DNA of 64,000 nt from a virus, in the IMG/VR virus record IMGVR_UViG_3300025012_000054, positions 1 through 64,000 of that record; one strand, 5' to 3'. Positions 41,539 through 49,674 of the stretch are shown in pieces. The notes under the pieces were generated by a model. It did not search any database. It was not told where the DNA came from and saw nothing but the letters and a program-made list of their open reading frames with translations. Numbering within the stretch: the stretch's first letter is position 1; each line of letters starts with the position of its first letter. The position numbers and the translations under genes were made by a program.

Positions 41539-41588
41539 AACCCACATTTCATAACATGAAACTAAAATTTCATTAAGAAAGGAGTAAA

Positions 41589-41717
41589 ATGTTGGATACC
41601 ATTCTATTGATTTGCGCGTTTGTCAGTTTTCTTTTGAAAGCATTGGGCGTCCCCGTATGGCGACTTGACCTTATGAATCTTGGATTTGCTTTTCTAGTAT
41701 TGACTTTACTCGTATAG
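41589..41717 (+). CDS. 42-aa two-helix membrane peptide
   Basis: AAGGAG SD; MLDTILLICAFVSFLLKALGVPVWRLDLMNLGFAFLVLTLLV*. Below the track cut-off. Confidence 0.7.
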   Translation: MLDTILLICAFVSFLLKALGVPVWRLDLMNLGFAFLVLTLLV

Positions 41718-41856
41718 TAGAACATGTCTTAGCACAGGGGTAGTTATGCCGATGATGGCGAGTGGGTTCGCGGTAGGGATTGCTGGGCGAATAGGTATAA
41801 TGTTTCGAGCAGGAGACATCCTCAAAATACATGTGCAAATATGAGGAGCAATACCC

Positions 41857-41885
41857 TTGACAGATTTAAGATATTGTGGTATAGT
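41857..41885 (+). promoter_or_regulatory. sigma70-type promoter of the tRNA-ribozyme-rtcB transcript
   Basis: TTGACA (41857-41862), 17 bp ending TGTGG, TATAGT (41880-41885). Confidence 0.85.
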
Positions 41886-42023
41886 TATTCAACAGAACGC
41901 ATCACGCGATAGGGCGAGCCTAGCGAACCGAGATTGGGATAATTCTAGAATAACCTCCCACAGAGACCGATTATTTCTGGCGTCATATAGATAACAACTA
42001 GATCGGTAGTATGTTATCACCCT

Positions 42024-42095
42024 AGCGGGTTAGAGTAGTGGATCACTCACGAGTCTCATAAACTCGATACGTTCGTTCAAATCGAACACCCGCTA
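42024..42095 (+). tRNA. tRNA with CAT anticodon (elongator Met or Ile2); CCA not encoded
   Basis: Acceptor AGCGGGT/ACCCGCT; D arm GAGT-AGTGGATC-ACTC; anticodon arm CGAGT-CTCATAA-ACTCG (CAT 42057-42059); T arm GTTCG-TTCAAAT-CGAAC; discriminator A followed by CAA. Confidence 0.92.
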
Positions 42096-42098
42096 CAA

Positions 42099-42176
42099 GT
42101 GAGAGACAGGGGTTAAATTCCCCTATCTGTGAAAGCCCCAGCCCAAACAGATTAGCATAGTGCTAGTGCGCTCACC
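42099..42176 (+). ncRNA. Four-way-junction structured element in the tRNA 3' trailer
   Basis: Closing GTGAG/CTCAC around three abutting hairpins: AGGGG-TTAAATT-CCCCT, ATCTGT-N16-ACAGAT, TAGCA-TAG-TGCTA. Confidence 0.5.
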
Positions 42177-42229
42177 CAAAATGTAGTAAAATGTGATTTT
42201 ATGCAGTAAGTTAAAATAAGGATGGACGC

Positions 42230-42550
42230 ATGTATTCTAGTATTTGGGTTGAACATATCAATATTTGCAGAATAATCCAATATATATCTATGTTACATGG
42301 ATTCGATATTGCTTTGCGAGATGCCGAAGAAGTATGGGAACATTACTCCGAATCTTTATCTGCGGGGTGGATGGTGGAAACATATGGAGATCTAGATAAT
42401 ATGTGGCAATTAATTAAGAATCAGTTTATTAGCAGCAATGAAACAACCCCAGAGTTTGATATTAGAGTCAAGGAACAGATGGTAGACACTGCTGAAATGA
42501 TTGAGAACGACGACGAATGTAATATACAATTCGTCATAAAAAATAATTAG
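42230..42550 (+). CDS. Hypothetical protein
   Basis: ORF with AAGGATGG SD, no recognised domain. Confidence 0.6.
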   Translation: MYSSIWVEHINICRIIQYISMLHGFDIALRDAEEVWEHYSESLSAGWMVETYGDLDNMWQLIKNQFISSNETTPEFDIRVKEQMVDTAEMIENDDECNIQFVIKNN

Positions 42551-42576
42551 TGTTAATGAAATTGTGCTTTTATTAA

Positions 42577-42750
42577 GTTTGTTCACAAAAGGCGTGGGTT
42601 GCCAATGAGCCGATATGCAGGCAACATCTTGTCTGGCACTTAAAGCGTCTGAAGAGAGAGTAACGCCTCGAAACCCGAAAGGGTAGCGCGGAGTATCCCT
42701 AGCCAGAGAATAACTGGATACCAGTCGGCTCACGCCTTTTGTGAATAAGC
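42577..42750 (+). ncRNA. Hammerhead ribozyme (type I) enclosed in a 25-bp terminal stem
   Basis: Stem I GCGT(42645-48)/GCGC(42686-89); core CTGAAGA (42649-55); stem II GAG-AGTAACGC-CTC; GAAA (42670-73); stem III CCC-GAAA-GGG; cleavage triplet GTA (cut after 42685). Outer arms 42577-42601 and 42726-42750 pair fully when 5 G-U pairs are allowed. Confidence 0.88.
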
Positions 42751-42775
42751 AAAGTCATATATGGAAGGAGATAAT

Positions 42776-43918
42776 TTGAAAGTTATTGACAGCGAGAAAT
42801 TACCAATCAAAATGTGGCTAACAGATATTGAAGATGGCGCTTTACAACAAGCAAAAAACTTAGCCAATCTTCCATTTGTCTATAAATGGATTTCTATTAT
42901 GCCAGATAGTCACCAAGGTTATGGTATGCCCATTGGTGGCGTCATGGCTACCCAAGGCGTGATAGTCCCAAATGCGGTTGGTGTGGACATCGGCTGTGGT
43001 ATGGCTGCGATAAAAACTTCTCTGACAGATATTTCTACAGAAGAATTAAAATTGGTTATGGGTAAAATCCGTGATGTTATTCCTGTGGGATTTAATCATC
43101 ATCCAGAAGATCAAGAATGGGACGGATTCGATGACGCTCCAGATATTCAGACCATCCAGGATCAACTTCCGTCAGCCCGAAAACAGTTGGGAACGCTTGG
43201 GGGAGGAAACCATTTCATTGAAATTCAAAAAGGATCAGATGATCATATATGGATTATGATTCATTCTGGAAGCCGTAACTTTGGCAAGAAAACCGCTGAT
43301 ATATACCACAAACTTGCGCAAAAATTATGCGACAGATGGCATGTGCAATTACCGGATAAGGACTTGGCTTTTCTTCCTATTGAGACCTCGGAAGGAAAAG
43401 AGTATTTCCAAGCAATGAAATATTGCTTAAATTTTGCCGAGGGTAACAGGGATTTGATGGCTAGACGTACTCTACTTTGCTTATCTTCTGTAGTGGATTG
43501 CTATATGGAAGATGAAATTGATATTCATCATAACTACGCCGCATTTGAAAATCATTACGGCAAGGATGTTTTGGTTCATCGTAAAGGTGCCACAAAAGCC
43601 ACTCTGGGGCTACGAGGAATTATTCCTGGTTCTATGGGAACATCCAGTTATATCACCAAAGGATTGGGTAATCCAGAAAGTTTCGAATCTTGTTCCCATG
43701 GCGCAGGTCGTAGAATGGGACGCAAGGATGCCGTAAGAACCTTAAACCTGAAAGATGAACAAGATAAAATGACTGGTATTGTGCACGGCTTGCGAGATGC
43801 CTCTAATTTAGATGAAGCACCAGGTGCATACAAAAACATTGATGAAGTTATGAAAAACCAAGAAGATCTGGTTGAAATTAAAATATCACTAAAGCCTTTG
43901 GCGTCAATCAAAGGTTAA
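42776..43918 (+). CDS. rtcB: RtcB 3'-phosphate/5'-OH RNA ligase
   Basis: MPDSHQGYGMPIG, VGVDIGCG, LGTLGGGNHFIE, HSGSR, HHNYA, HRKGAT, IPGSMG, SCSHGAGR, DEAPGAYK. TTG 42776 after AAGGAG preferred. Confidence 0.95.
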   Translation: MKVIDSEKLPIKMWLTDIEDGALQQAKNLANLPFVYKWISIMPDSHQGYGMPIGGVMATQGVIVPNAVGVDIGCGMAAIKTSLTDISTEELKLVMGKIRDVIPVGFNHHPEDQEWDGFDDAPDIQTIQDQLPSARKQLGTLGGGNHFIEIQKGSDDHIWIMIHSGSRNFGKKTADIYHKLAQKLCDRWHVQLPDKDLAFLPIETSEGKEYFQAMKYCLNFAEGNRDLMARRTLLCLSSVVDCYMEDEIDIHHNYAAFENHYGKDVLVHRKGATKATLGLRGIIPGSMGTSSYITKGLGNPESFESCSHGAGRRMGRKDAVRTLNLKDEQDKMTGIVHGLRDASNLDEAPGAYKNIDEVMKNQEDLVEIKISLKPLASIKG

Positions 43919-43944
43919 TGAAATTAGGCTTCTATCGGAGGTGA

Positions 43945-44499
43945 ATGAAAAATAAATATATTATCGAAAACGGTATAATAAAAATAATTCTCCATAGGCG
44001 AGAAGACAATGATTTAATAACGATTATTGATAAAGAAGATTTTGATAAAGTGAACGCATATGATGGTACGTTTTATGCTAGTAGATATATTAAACTAAAT
44101 GGGAAATTTTATGTAAAAATAACCTTATATCTAGGAACCATTGACGGAAAACCGAAATATAAAGTAATTAGGTTTCATAGGATTATTTTGAATTGTGAAA
44201 ACAACGATATTGTTGATCATATAAATGGAGACACTCTAGATAACCGAAAATCCAATCTAAGAATAACTGATTTTGGAGGAAACACAAAAAACAGATGTGG
44301 CGAGAACGCAAATAACACTTCTGGTGAACGCAACGTGTCTCTTATAAATGGGCAGTACGTAGTTCAAATTCAAGTCAATGGAAAAAATACTGTTTTAGGA
44401 AAATTTAATAATATCGAACAAGCGAGAATTATAGCAAACCAAGCAAGAAAAAAGTATTATGGGGACTATTCTGGAAATAGTACCACAATAGCCCAATAA
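43945..44499 (+). CDS. HNH (HNH_3) + AP2-like homing endonuclease
   Basis: FHRIIL...VDHINGDTLDNRKSNLR; C-terminal NNTSG.RNV..Y.VQI..LGKF..IEQA..AR.KYYG. Confidence 0.88.
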   Translation: MKNKYIIENGIIKIILHRREDNDLITIIDKEDFDKVNAYDGTFYASRYIKLNGKFYVKITLYLGTIDGKPKYKVIRFHRIILNCENNDIVDHINGDTLDNRKSNLRITDFGGNTKNRCGENANNTSGERNVSLINGQYVVQIQVNGKNTVLGKFNNIEQARIIANQARKKYYGDYSGNSTTIAQ

Positions 44500-44794
44500 A
44501 AGTATTATTTTATTAAGGAGCAAAAAGTGAAAATATATAGATTGTATACCGGATGCGATGGTGAATACTCCTGCGATTATTATAGGGGTTTGTTTAAAAC
44601 AGTTGAACCTATGCTCTCTTTTGTAGAAGAATATATGAAAGAAGAAAGAGGCAAAGAAAATATCTCTGCTATATTAACTGATGATGGAAAAATATTCGTC
44701 AACGGTATTGATAACGAATGGCACAATCCTTTCGGATATGAGATTATTGATACTGACAACTTGCAATGAAATTATTATTTTATAAGGAGAAAAA

Positions 44795-45034
44795 ATGGAA
44801 CGATCAGAAGCATATCAACTAATCGACGAAGAACGCGAATATCAAAACAGCAAGCCCCCACGTCCCAAAAGCGATGCGGACACATCCGTTGGGGAATGGC
44901 TTATCTATATTGAGGAACAATTATCACGAGCTAAACATAACGTTTATAAATTAGATCAACTTCTTGCCATGGATAATGTGCTTAAGATTGCGGCGTTGGC
45001 TGTGGCTTGCATGGAAAACAACGAAGTTTCATAA
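44795..45034 (+). CDS. Small all-alpha protein, possibly MazG-like NTP pyrophosphohydrolase
   Basis: IDEEREYQ...W..YI.E...KIAALAVACME pattern. Confidence 0.45.
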   Translation: MERSEAYQLIDEEREYQNSKPPRPKSDADTSVGEWLIYIEEQLSRAKHNVYKLDQLLAMDNVLKIAALAVACMENNEVS

Positions 45035-45062
45035 TAAAATATGTCATTCATGAGGTTGTAAT

Positions 45063-45452
45063 ATGCTAACAGAAAAAGAAAAACTATTTGATAAAATATT
45101 TGACTTTTGGTTGAAAAAATTCAATTTAACCGAATGGGATATTCAACTAGATTTTCTTGATAAAGATGAATTCAAAGCGCTGTTCTTAAAAAATAATAAA
45201 TTGGTTGAACTTGCCCCTGCTTGTTGCGAATCTCTGTGGCAATATCAACAAGCGAAAATCGGCGTTAATACCGACAGGTTAGAAACCGTGGATGACTCAG
45301 ATATAGAAAAAGTTGTAATTCACGAATTCATGCATATTTTTTTGAGTGAAATGAGGAATAATCATAAAGATGGTGAGCACGAAGAACGTGTTGCTACCAT
45401 GCTTGCCAGGGCTTTTATTGGAATAAATAACTTCAAGGAGGCACATATTTAA
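45063..45452 (+). CDS. Zincin-like metallopeptidase domain protein
   Basis: VVIHEFMH (HExxH) followed by HEERVA. Confidence 0.6.
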   Translation: MLTEKEKLFDKIFDFWLKKFNLTEWDIQLDFLDKDEFKALFLKNNKLVELAPACCESLWQYQQAKIGVNTDRLETVDDSDIEKVVIHEFMHIFLSEMRNNHKDGEHEERVATMLARAFIGINNFKEAHI

Positions 45453-45521
45453 CAACATAAAATAGTATTTTTATTAGGTTGCACATATTTGTAGTAAGTC
45501 TATTTATAAAAGGAGAAATAA

Positions 45522-46463
45522 ATGAGTTTTATTAAAGCCGTAAAAGGCAAGAAGCCTGTTCGAGTAGTAATAGGCGGGCCGTCTGGCGCAGGAAAAACCT
45601 ATACAGCGCTTACTTTTGCAAAGTATTTGGAAACAATAACCAAGAAACCAACCGCTGCAATTGATACCGAGCATTTTCGTATGAGTTTGTATGCAGATAA
45701 ATTCGCGTTTGATGTTGATGATGCAGATCCCCCCTTTCATCCCCAGCTACTAATAGACAATATCCATAAAGCTGAGAAGGAAGGATATGGACAATTAATT
45801 GTAGATAGTTCAAGTCACTTTTATAATGGCGAAGGCGGCCTGCTTGAGGTTGTCAATGACGCCGCTAAGTCCAAATTCGGTGGCAATATTTACGCAGGGT
45901 GGGCTGTAGGTACTCCACTCCAGAATTCCCTAATCGATGCTATTATTCGATCTCCTTTGCACATGATTTTCTGTACTCGTGCCAAACAAGGTTATGCTGA
46001 AACAGAAAAGAATAACCGCAAGGTTTACGAAAAAGTTGGTATGGAACTCCAGCAAAGAGATGGTTTTGAATTCGACTTCGATTTTGTATTGATGATGGAC
46101 ATGGATAACAATGCCACTGTGGATAAAGGTATGGGATATGTTTCTACAGGAATGTATATCAAAAAACCTGACGAAAAAACCATCGAATTAATTATGAAGT
46201 CTATTAATGAAAATACCGTAGACACTCCCGCTGTTCCTGCCGAAAGCAAGGCTACTATTTTCAAGAAACAGGAAGAAGTCTTGGTAGATCTTCAGGGAAA
46301 AGTTATCACCGAATGCAAGCGCCTGAATGCCAAGACCAATGAAAAGGTTATGACATTGTTAAAAACATATGAGCCTAGTGGTAATCCTAGCAAGATGAAG
46401 GATCAGGCTAAATTGATTGAATTATTGGGTAAACTTATTGAGATACCGGCAGAGGGAGAATAA
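45522..46463 (+). CDS. AAA_24/Sak4-like ATPase (recombination/annealing)
   Basis: GPSGAGKT, IDTE, LIVDSSSH, QRDGFEFDFD. Followed by SSB. Confidence 0.8.
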   Translation: MSFIKAVKGKKPVRVVIGGPSGAGKTYTALTFAKYLETITKKPTAAIDTEHFRMSLYADKFAFDVDDADPPFHPQLLIDNIHKAEKEGYGQLIVDSSSHFYNGEGGLLEVVNDAAKSKFGGNIYAGWAVGTPLQNSLIDAIIRSPLHMIFCTRAKQGYAETEKNNRKVYEKVGMELQQRDGFEFDFDFVLMMDMDNNATVDKGMGYVSTGMYIKKPDEKTIELIMKSINENTVDTPAVPAESKATIFKKQEEVLVDLQGKVITECKRLNAKTNEKVMTLLKTYEPSGNPSKMKDQAKLIELLGKLIEIPAEGE

Positions 46464-46464
46464 T

Positions 46465-46875
46465 ATGAATTTTAATAATATCAAAACCAAAGTACTTGCA
46501 ACCAAGGTTGAAAAGCGAGAAGGTTATTCCCTCGTTATGCTACGCGATAGTCGCCACGATAAAAAGACAGATACGTGGAAACGCAGCCCCTATCCTGGTA
46601 TTCATTTTGCCGCCAGTGCTCAGGCTAAAATCGACGAACTTATTGATGCCCTTGAAGGCGCAGATAAGTTTGAAGACGGCAATTCCAAAGGCGTTTGGAT
46701 TGTTCTCAAGAGCGCGTCGCTCACCAACGAAGTATTCAAAAATAAAGAAGGTGTAGACGTATATCCGAAGCAATTTACTGTATGGGATTGGGAATTTTTT
46801 GTCCCTGAAGAAAAATCAGATGCACAAGATGAAACCCCTGTCGTAGAGGAATCATCGGATGACCTCCCCTTCTAG
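46465..46875 (+). CDS. Single-stranded DNA-binding protein
   Basis: Acidic C-terminal tail ending SSDDLPF; position between the Sak4-like gene and the primase. Start ATG 46465. Confidence 0.7.
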   Translation: MNFNNIKTKVLATKVEKREGYSLVMLRDSRHDKKTDTWKRSPYPGIHFAASAQAKIDELIDALEGADKFEDGNSKGVWIVLKSASLTNEVFKNKEGVDVYPKQFTVWDWEFFVPEEKSDAQDETPVVEESSDDLPF

Positions 46876-46896
46876 TAAGTTGTAGTTGCTATTAAT

Positions 46897-46925
46897 AAGG
46901 CGGAGCATAAAACCCTCCGCCTTTT
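46897..46925 (+). terminator. Intrinsic terminator-like hairpin
   Basis: AAGGCGGAG (46897-46905) / CTCCGCCTT (46915-46923), ending in a short T run. Confidence 0.65.
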
Positions 46926-46937
46926 AAAATAGAAAGG

Positions 46938-48884
46938 ATGTACATGCTCGTTCCGAAGGAAACTGTACTTGGCGCGAAGGAAAAATTAGGAGAACAAGCC
47001 GCTGAGATTATAGCGGCGGACTTACAATTAGAAGGATGTGTAGAACCAGACTTTAAAGCACTATGTCCTTTCCATGCCGAGGATACTCCAAGTTTTGTTT
47101 TTAGCAAAAAAGACAATGCTTTCAAGTGCTTCGGCTGTGGTCGTAGATATGGCATTATTGATCATTACATTCAGCACAATGGTCTAACCTATTTGGGTGC
47201 TGTTCAAAAACTATTTGAATTAACTGAAACAAAATTTTCTTTTGGCGAAAAAGGAATAAAAACCGAAAGAGATTATCGCTATCCATCGCGAGAGCAAAAC
47301 GATTCTCGTCAAGAAGTAGAAGAATATTTACAAACTCGAAGTATTTCTAAAACCACTCTGGATATGGTTGATGTTCAACAAGACGGCAATCACAATATCG
47401 TTTTTCATTATTATGATACCAATGATGTGTTGACCCTAGTAAAATATCGTCCTGCGCGTAAAGTTGATAAAGGCGAAAAATTTAAATCTTGGTGTCAAAA
47501 AGACACTGATACCATGCCGTTGCTTTATAATATGAATAGAGTTGATTTTACCAATGGCCCACTTCTGATATGCGAAGGGGAAATTGACTGTCTTGCCGCT
47601 ATAGAGTCTGGATATAAAAATTCGGTGAGCGTTCCTTTGGGCGCCAACAATTATGGCTGGATAGAAACGAATTGGGAATGGTTGGAATTATTTGATAAAA
47701 TCGTGGTGTGGTCAGATAACGATGAAGCAGGACTAAAAATGCGCAAAGAGGTGTGCCAACGCCTAGGTGTATGGAGAACATTATATGTGGACGCACCAAG
47801 CAGGGTAATTGGCAAAAATGGAACAGAAGTAAAAGTCAAGGATATCAACGAAATTCTCCATTATTGCGGTAGTCAAAAAGTTTTAGATTTTATTAATGAC
47901 GCCAAAGAATTACCCATTACTGGTATTGACGACCTATCAACCGTAGATGATTTTGATATAGAAACCGCCGAAGGTCTTTATACCAACCTTGCGCCCCTGG
48001 ACAAAATCGTATATAAAATTTTGTATGGTAGCGTGGCTTTAATTACTGGTAAAAGAGGTGCGGGTAAATCAAGTTTTGTCAACCAGGTGTTTGTGTGTGA
48101 ACCCTTAGATCAAGGGCAAGATGTCTTTTATTTTAGTGGCGAATTGAGCGCACCTGTTCTAAAATCTTGGATTGAACTTACCATGGCGGGACGCGAACAC
48201 GTAAAAATGAAAGACAATAGCGACTTCGTGCGTATTATGGATGTCGATGCGAGAAAAGAAATGCGCCAGTGGTATAAAGGTCGCGTGTGGGTGTACAAGG
48301 AAGTTGACAACTCCGAAACCATCATTCTTGAAAAAGCCATCAGCGTTACTCGCAAATACGGGGTCAAAGTATGGATATTAGATAACCTAATGACGATAGG
48401 CTTGAATAACGCCAGCGAAAAAGACTTGTTACAAAAACAAAAAGAATTTATTGTTAAATTGAATCGCCTGTCGTTATTGTATGGTGTTTTAATTGTGTTG
48501 ATCGCGCATCCGAGGAAAACCATGACTGGTCAGGAATTAGGCAGTGATGACATTGCAGGTAGTGGCGATATACCTAACCTTGCTCAATATATTTTTTCCA
48601 TCAAGCGCTATAGCCAAAAAGAAAAAGATGGAGAAAAAGATGGTAAGGGAGGATATAGAAAAGGCAAGGAGCCAACACCCTATGATACCGAAGTAGAAAC
48701 AATGAAAAATAGATATTCGGGTAGAATAGGATTGGCTAAATTATATTTTGATTATACAAGTTATAGGTTCTATAATAATACCAAAGAATTATTTCGGCGA
48801 TATAAATGGAATAAAGACACATCGCCGTTGCCTACTCAAGATCCTAACCATCACGAACAACTTCCTGACCTTATGAGAGAATAA
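46938..48884 (+). CDS. Primase-helicase (CHC2 Zn finger + TOPRIM + SF4/DnaB-like helicase)
   Basis: CPFHAEDTPSF..CFGCG; CEGEIDCL, SVPLGA, DNDEAG, KDINE; TGKRGAGKS, ILDNLM, IAHPRK, KNR. Confidence 0.92.
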   Translation: MYMLVPKETVLGAKEKLGEQAAEIIAADLQLEGCVEPDFKALCPFHAEDTPSFVFSKKDNAFKCFGCGRRYGIIDHYIQHNGLTYLGAVQKLFELTETKFSFGEKGIKTERDYRYPSREQNDSRQEVEEYLQTRSISKTTLDMVDVQQDGNHNIVFHYYDTNDVLTLVKYRPARKVDKGEKFKSWCQKDTDTMPLLYNMNRVDFTNGPLLICEGEIDCLAAIESGYKNSVSVPLGANNYGWIETNWEWLELFDKIVVWSDNDEAGLKMRKEVCQRLGVWRTLYVDAPSRVIGKNGTEVKVKDINEILHYCGSQKVLDFINDAKELPITGIDDLSTVDDFDIETAEGLYTNLAPLDKIVYKILYGSVALITGKRGAGKSSFVNQVFVCEPLDQGQDVFYFSGELSAPVLKSWIELTMAGREHVKMKDNSDFVRIMDVDARKEMRQWYKGRVWVYKEVDNSETIILEKAISVTRKYGVKVWILDNLMTIGLNNASEKDLLQKQKEFIVKLNRLSLLYGVLIVLIAHPRKTMTGQELGSDDIAGSGDIPNLAQYIFSIKRYSQKEKDGEKDGKGGYRKGKEPTPYDTEVETMKNRYSGRIGLAKLYFDYTSYRFYNNTKELFRRYKWNKDTSPLPTQDPNHHEQLPDLMRE

Positions 48885-48887
48885 TAG

Positions 48888-49673
48888 ATGCCAAAAAATA
48901 CTGATATCATCAACAAAATGACATTTAGCTACAGCAATATCAGCACATTTGAAACCTGTAAGTACGCATGGTTTCTTACCTATATAGAAAAACAAGAACG
49001 ACACACCAATTATTTTTCAGAATTTGGTAGTTATTGCCATAACATCTTGGAAGATTTTTTTCTTGATAAATTAGCAATTTATGAGTTGCTACCATATTAT
49101 AAAGAACATTATGCTGAAAATATTAAATCAGATAGTCCGTTTGGATTTGGTAAAAATTTAGGTGCGTTATATTATGATCAAGGATATAAATTTTTCGAAA
49201 ATTTTGATTTCGATAAAAGCAAGTTTGAAATTCTTCAAGCCGAAGAATTTACTATAGCACAAATCAGGGATATTAAAGTCACCATCAAACCAGATATTAT
49301 TCTGAAAAATAAAGATAATGGCAAAATAATTTTAATGGACTATAAATCCTCCAACCCATTCAATGCCAAGCGCCAAATCGTTCCTGCTAAAATCATACCC
49401 TACAGAAAACAATTAAATTTATATGCTGGTGTTTTATGGGCAAAGAAAAAAATCCAAGTGGACGAACAATGGCTATGGTTTTTTAGAACCGGAGGAATTG
49501 AAAGATTTCCTATTAGTGTAAAAAAAGTATCTGAAGATATTTTATGGTTTTTATCCGTAGTTGATAAAATCAAACAGGAAGAAAATTTTGAAGCCAATCC
49601 CAGTAATGAGTTCTTCTGTAATTCTCTTTGTTCAATGAGTTCAATTTGCCCCTATAAAATAGTCAAGGAATAA
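48888..49673 (+). CDS. Cas4-like PD-(D/E)XK exonuclease
   Basis: SYS..TFETC, FG..H..LE, PDII..MDYKS, QLNLYA, C-terminal C..C....C. Confidence 0.82.
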   Translation: MPKNTDIINKMTFSYSNISTFETCKYAWFLTYIEKQERHTNYFSEFGSYCHNILEDFFLDKLAIYELLPYYKEHYAENIKSDSPFGFGKNLGALYYDQGYKFFENFDFDKSKFEILQAEEFTIAQIRDIKVTIKPDIILKNKDNGKIILMDYKSSNPFNAKRQIVPAKIIPYRKQLNLYAGVLWAKKKIQVDEQWLWFFRTGGIERFPISVKKVSEDILWFLSVVDKIKQEENFEANPSNEFFCNSLCSMSSICPYKIVKE

Positions 49674-49674
49674 A

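Larger units (their letters stand above)
31440..45474. repeat. Dispersed 18-bp intergenic dyad ATRAAA-N6-TTTYAT, block 2
   Basis: Exact copies start at 31440, 33257, 33464, 34205, 34571, 34779, 34804, 36014, 36866, 37696, 38097, 38271, 38493, 38682, 39096, 40193, 40478, 41535, 41556, 42556, 44496, 44766, 45457. Variants at 39117, 39695, 43918, 45034. Confidence 0.93.

Noticed and set aside
41897-42020. Group I intron or HDV-like ribozyme
   Set aside because: Only short look-alike words (CAGAGAC, GCGAA). I could not assemble P3/P7 or the P1/P2 nested pseudoknot.
42024-42095. Initiator tRNA-fMet
   Set aside because: It lacks the three consecutive G-C pairs in the anticodon stem and the C1-A72 mismatch.
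48888-49673. Cas4 as part of a CRISPR adaptation module linked to the RAMP-like gene
   Set aside because: It sits between primase-helicase and dnaE, 23 kb away. Cas4-like exonucleases are common in phage replication modules.
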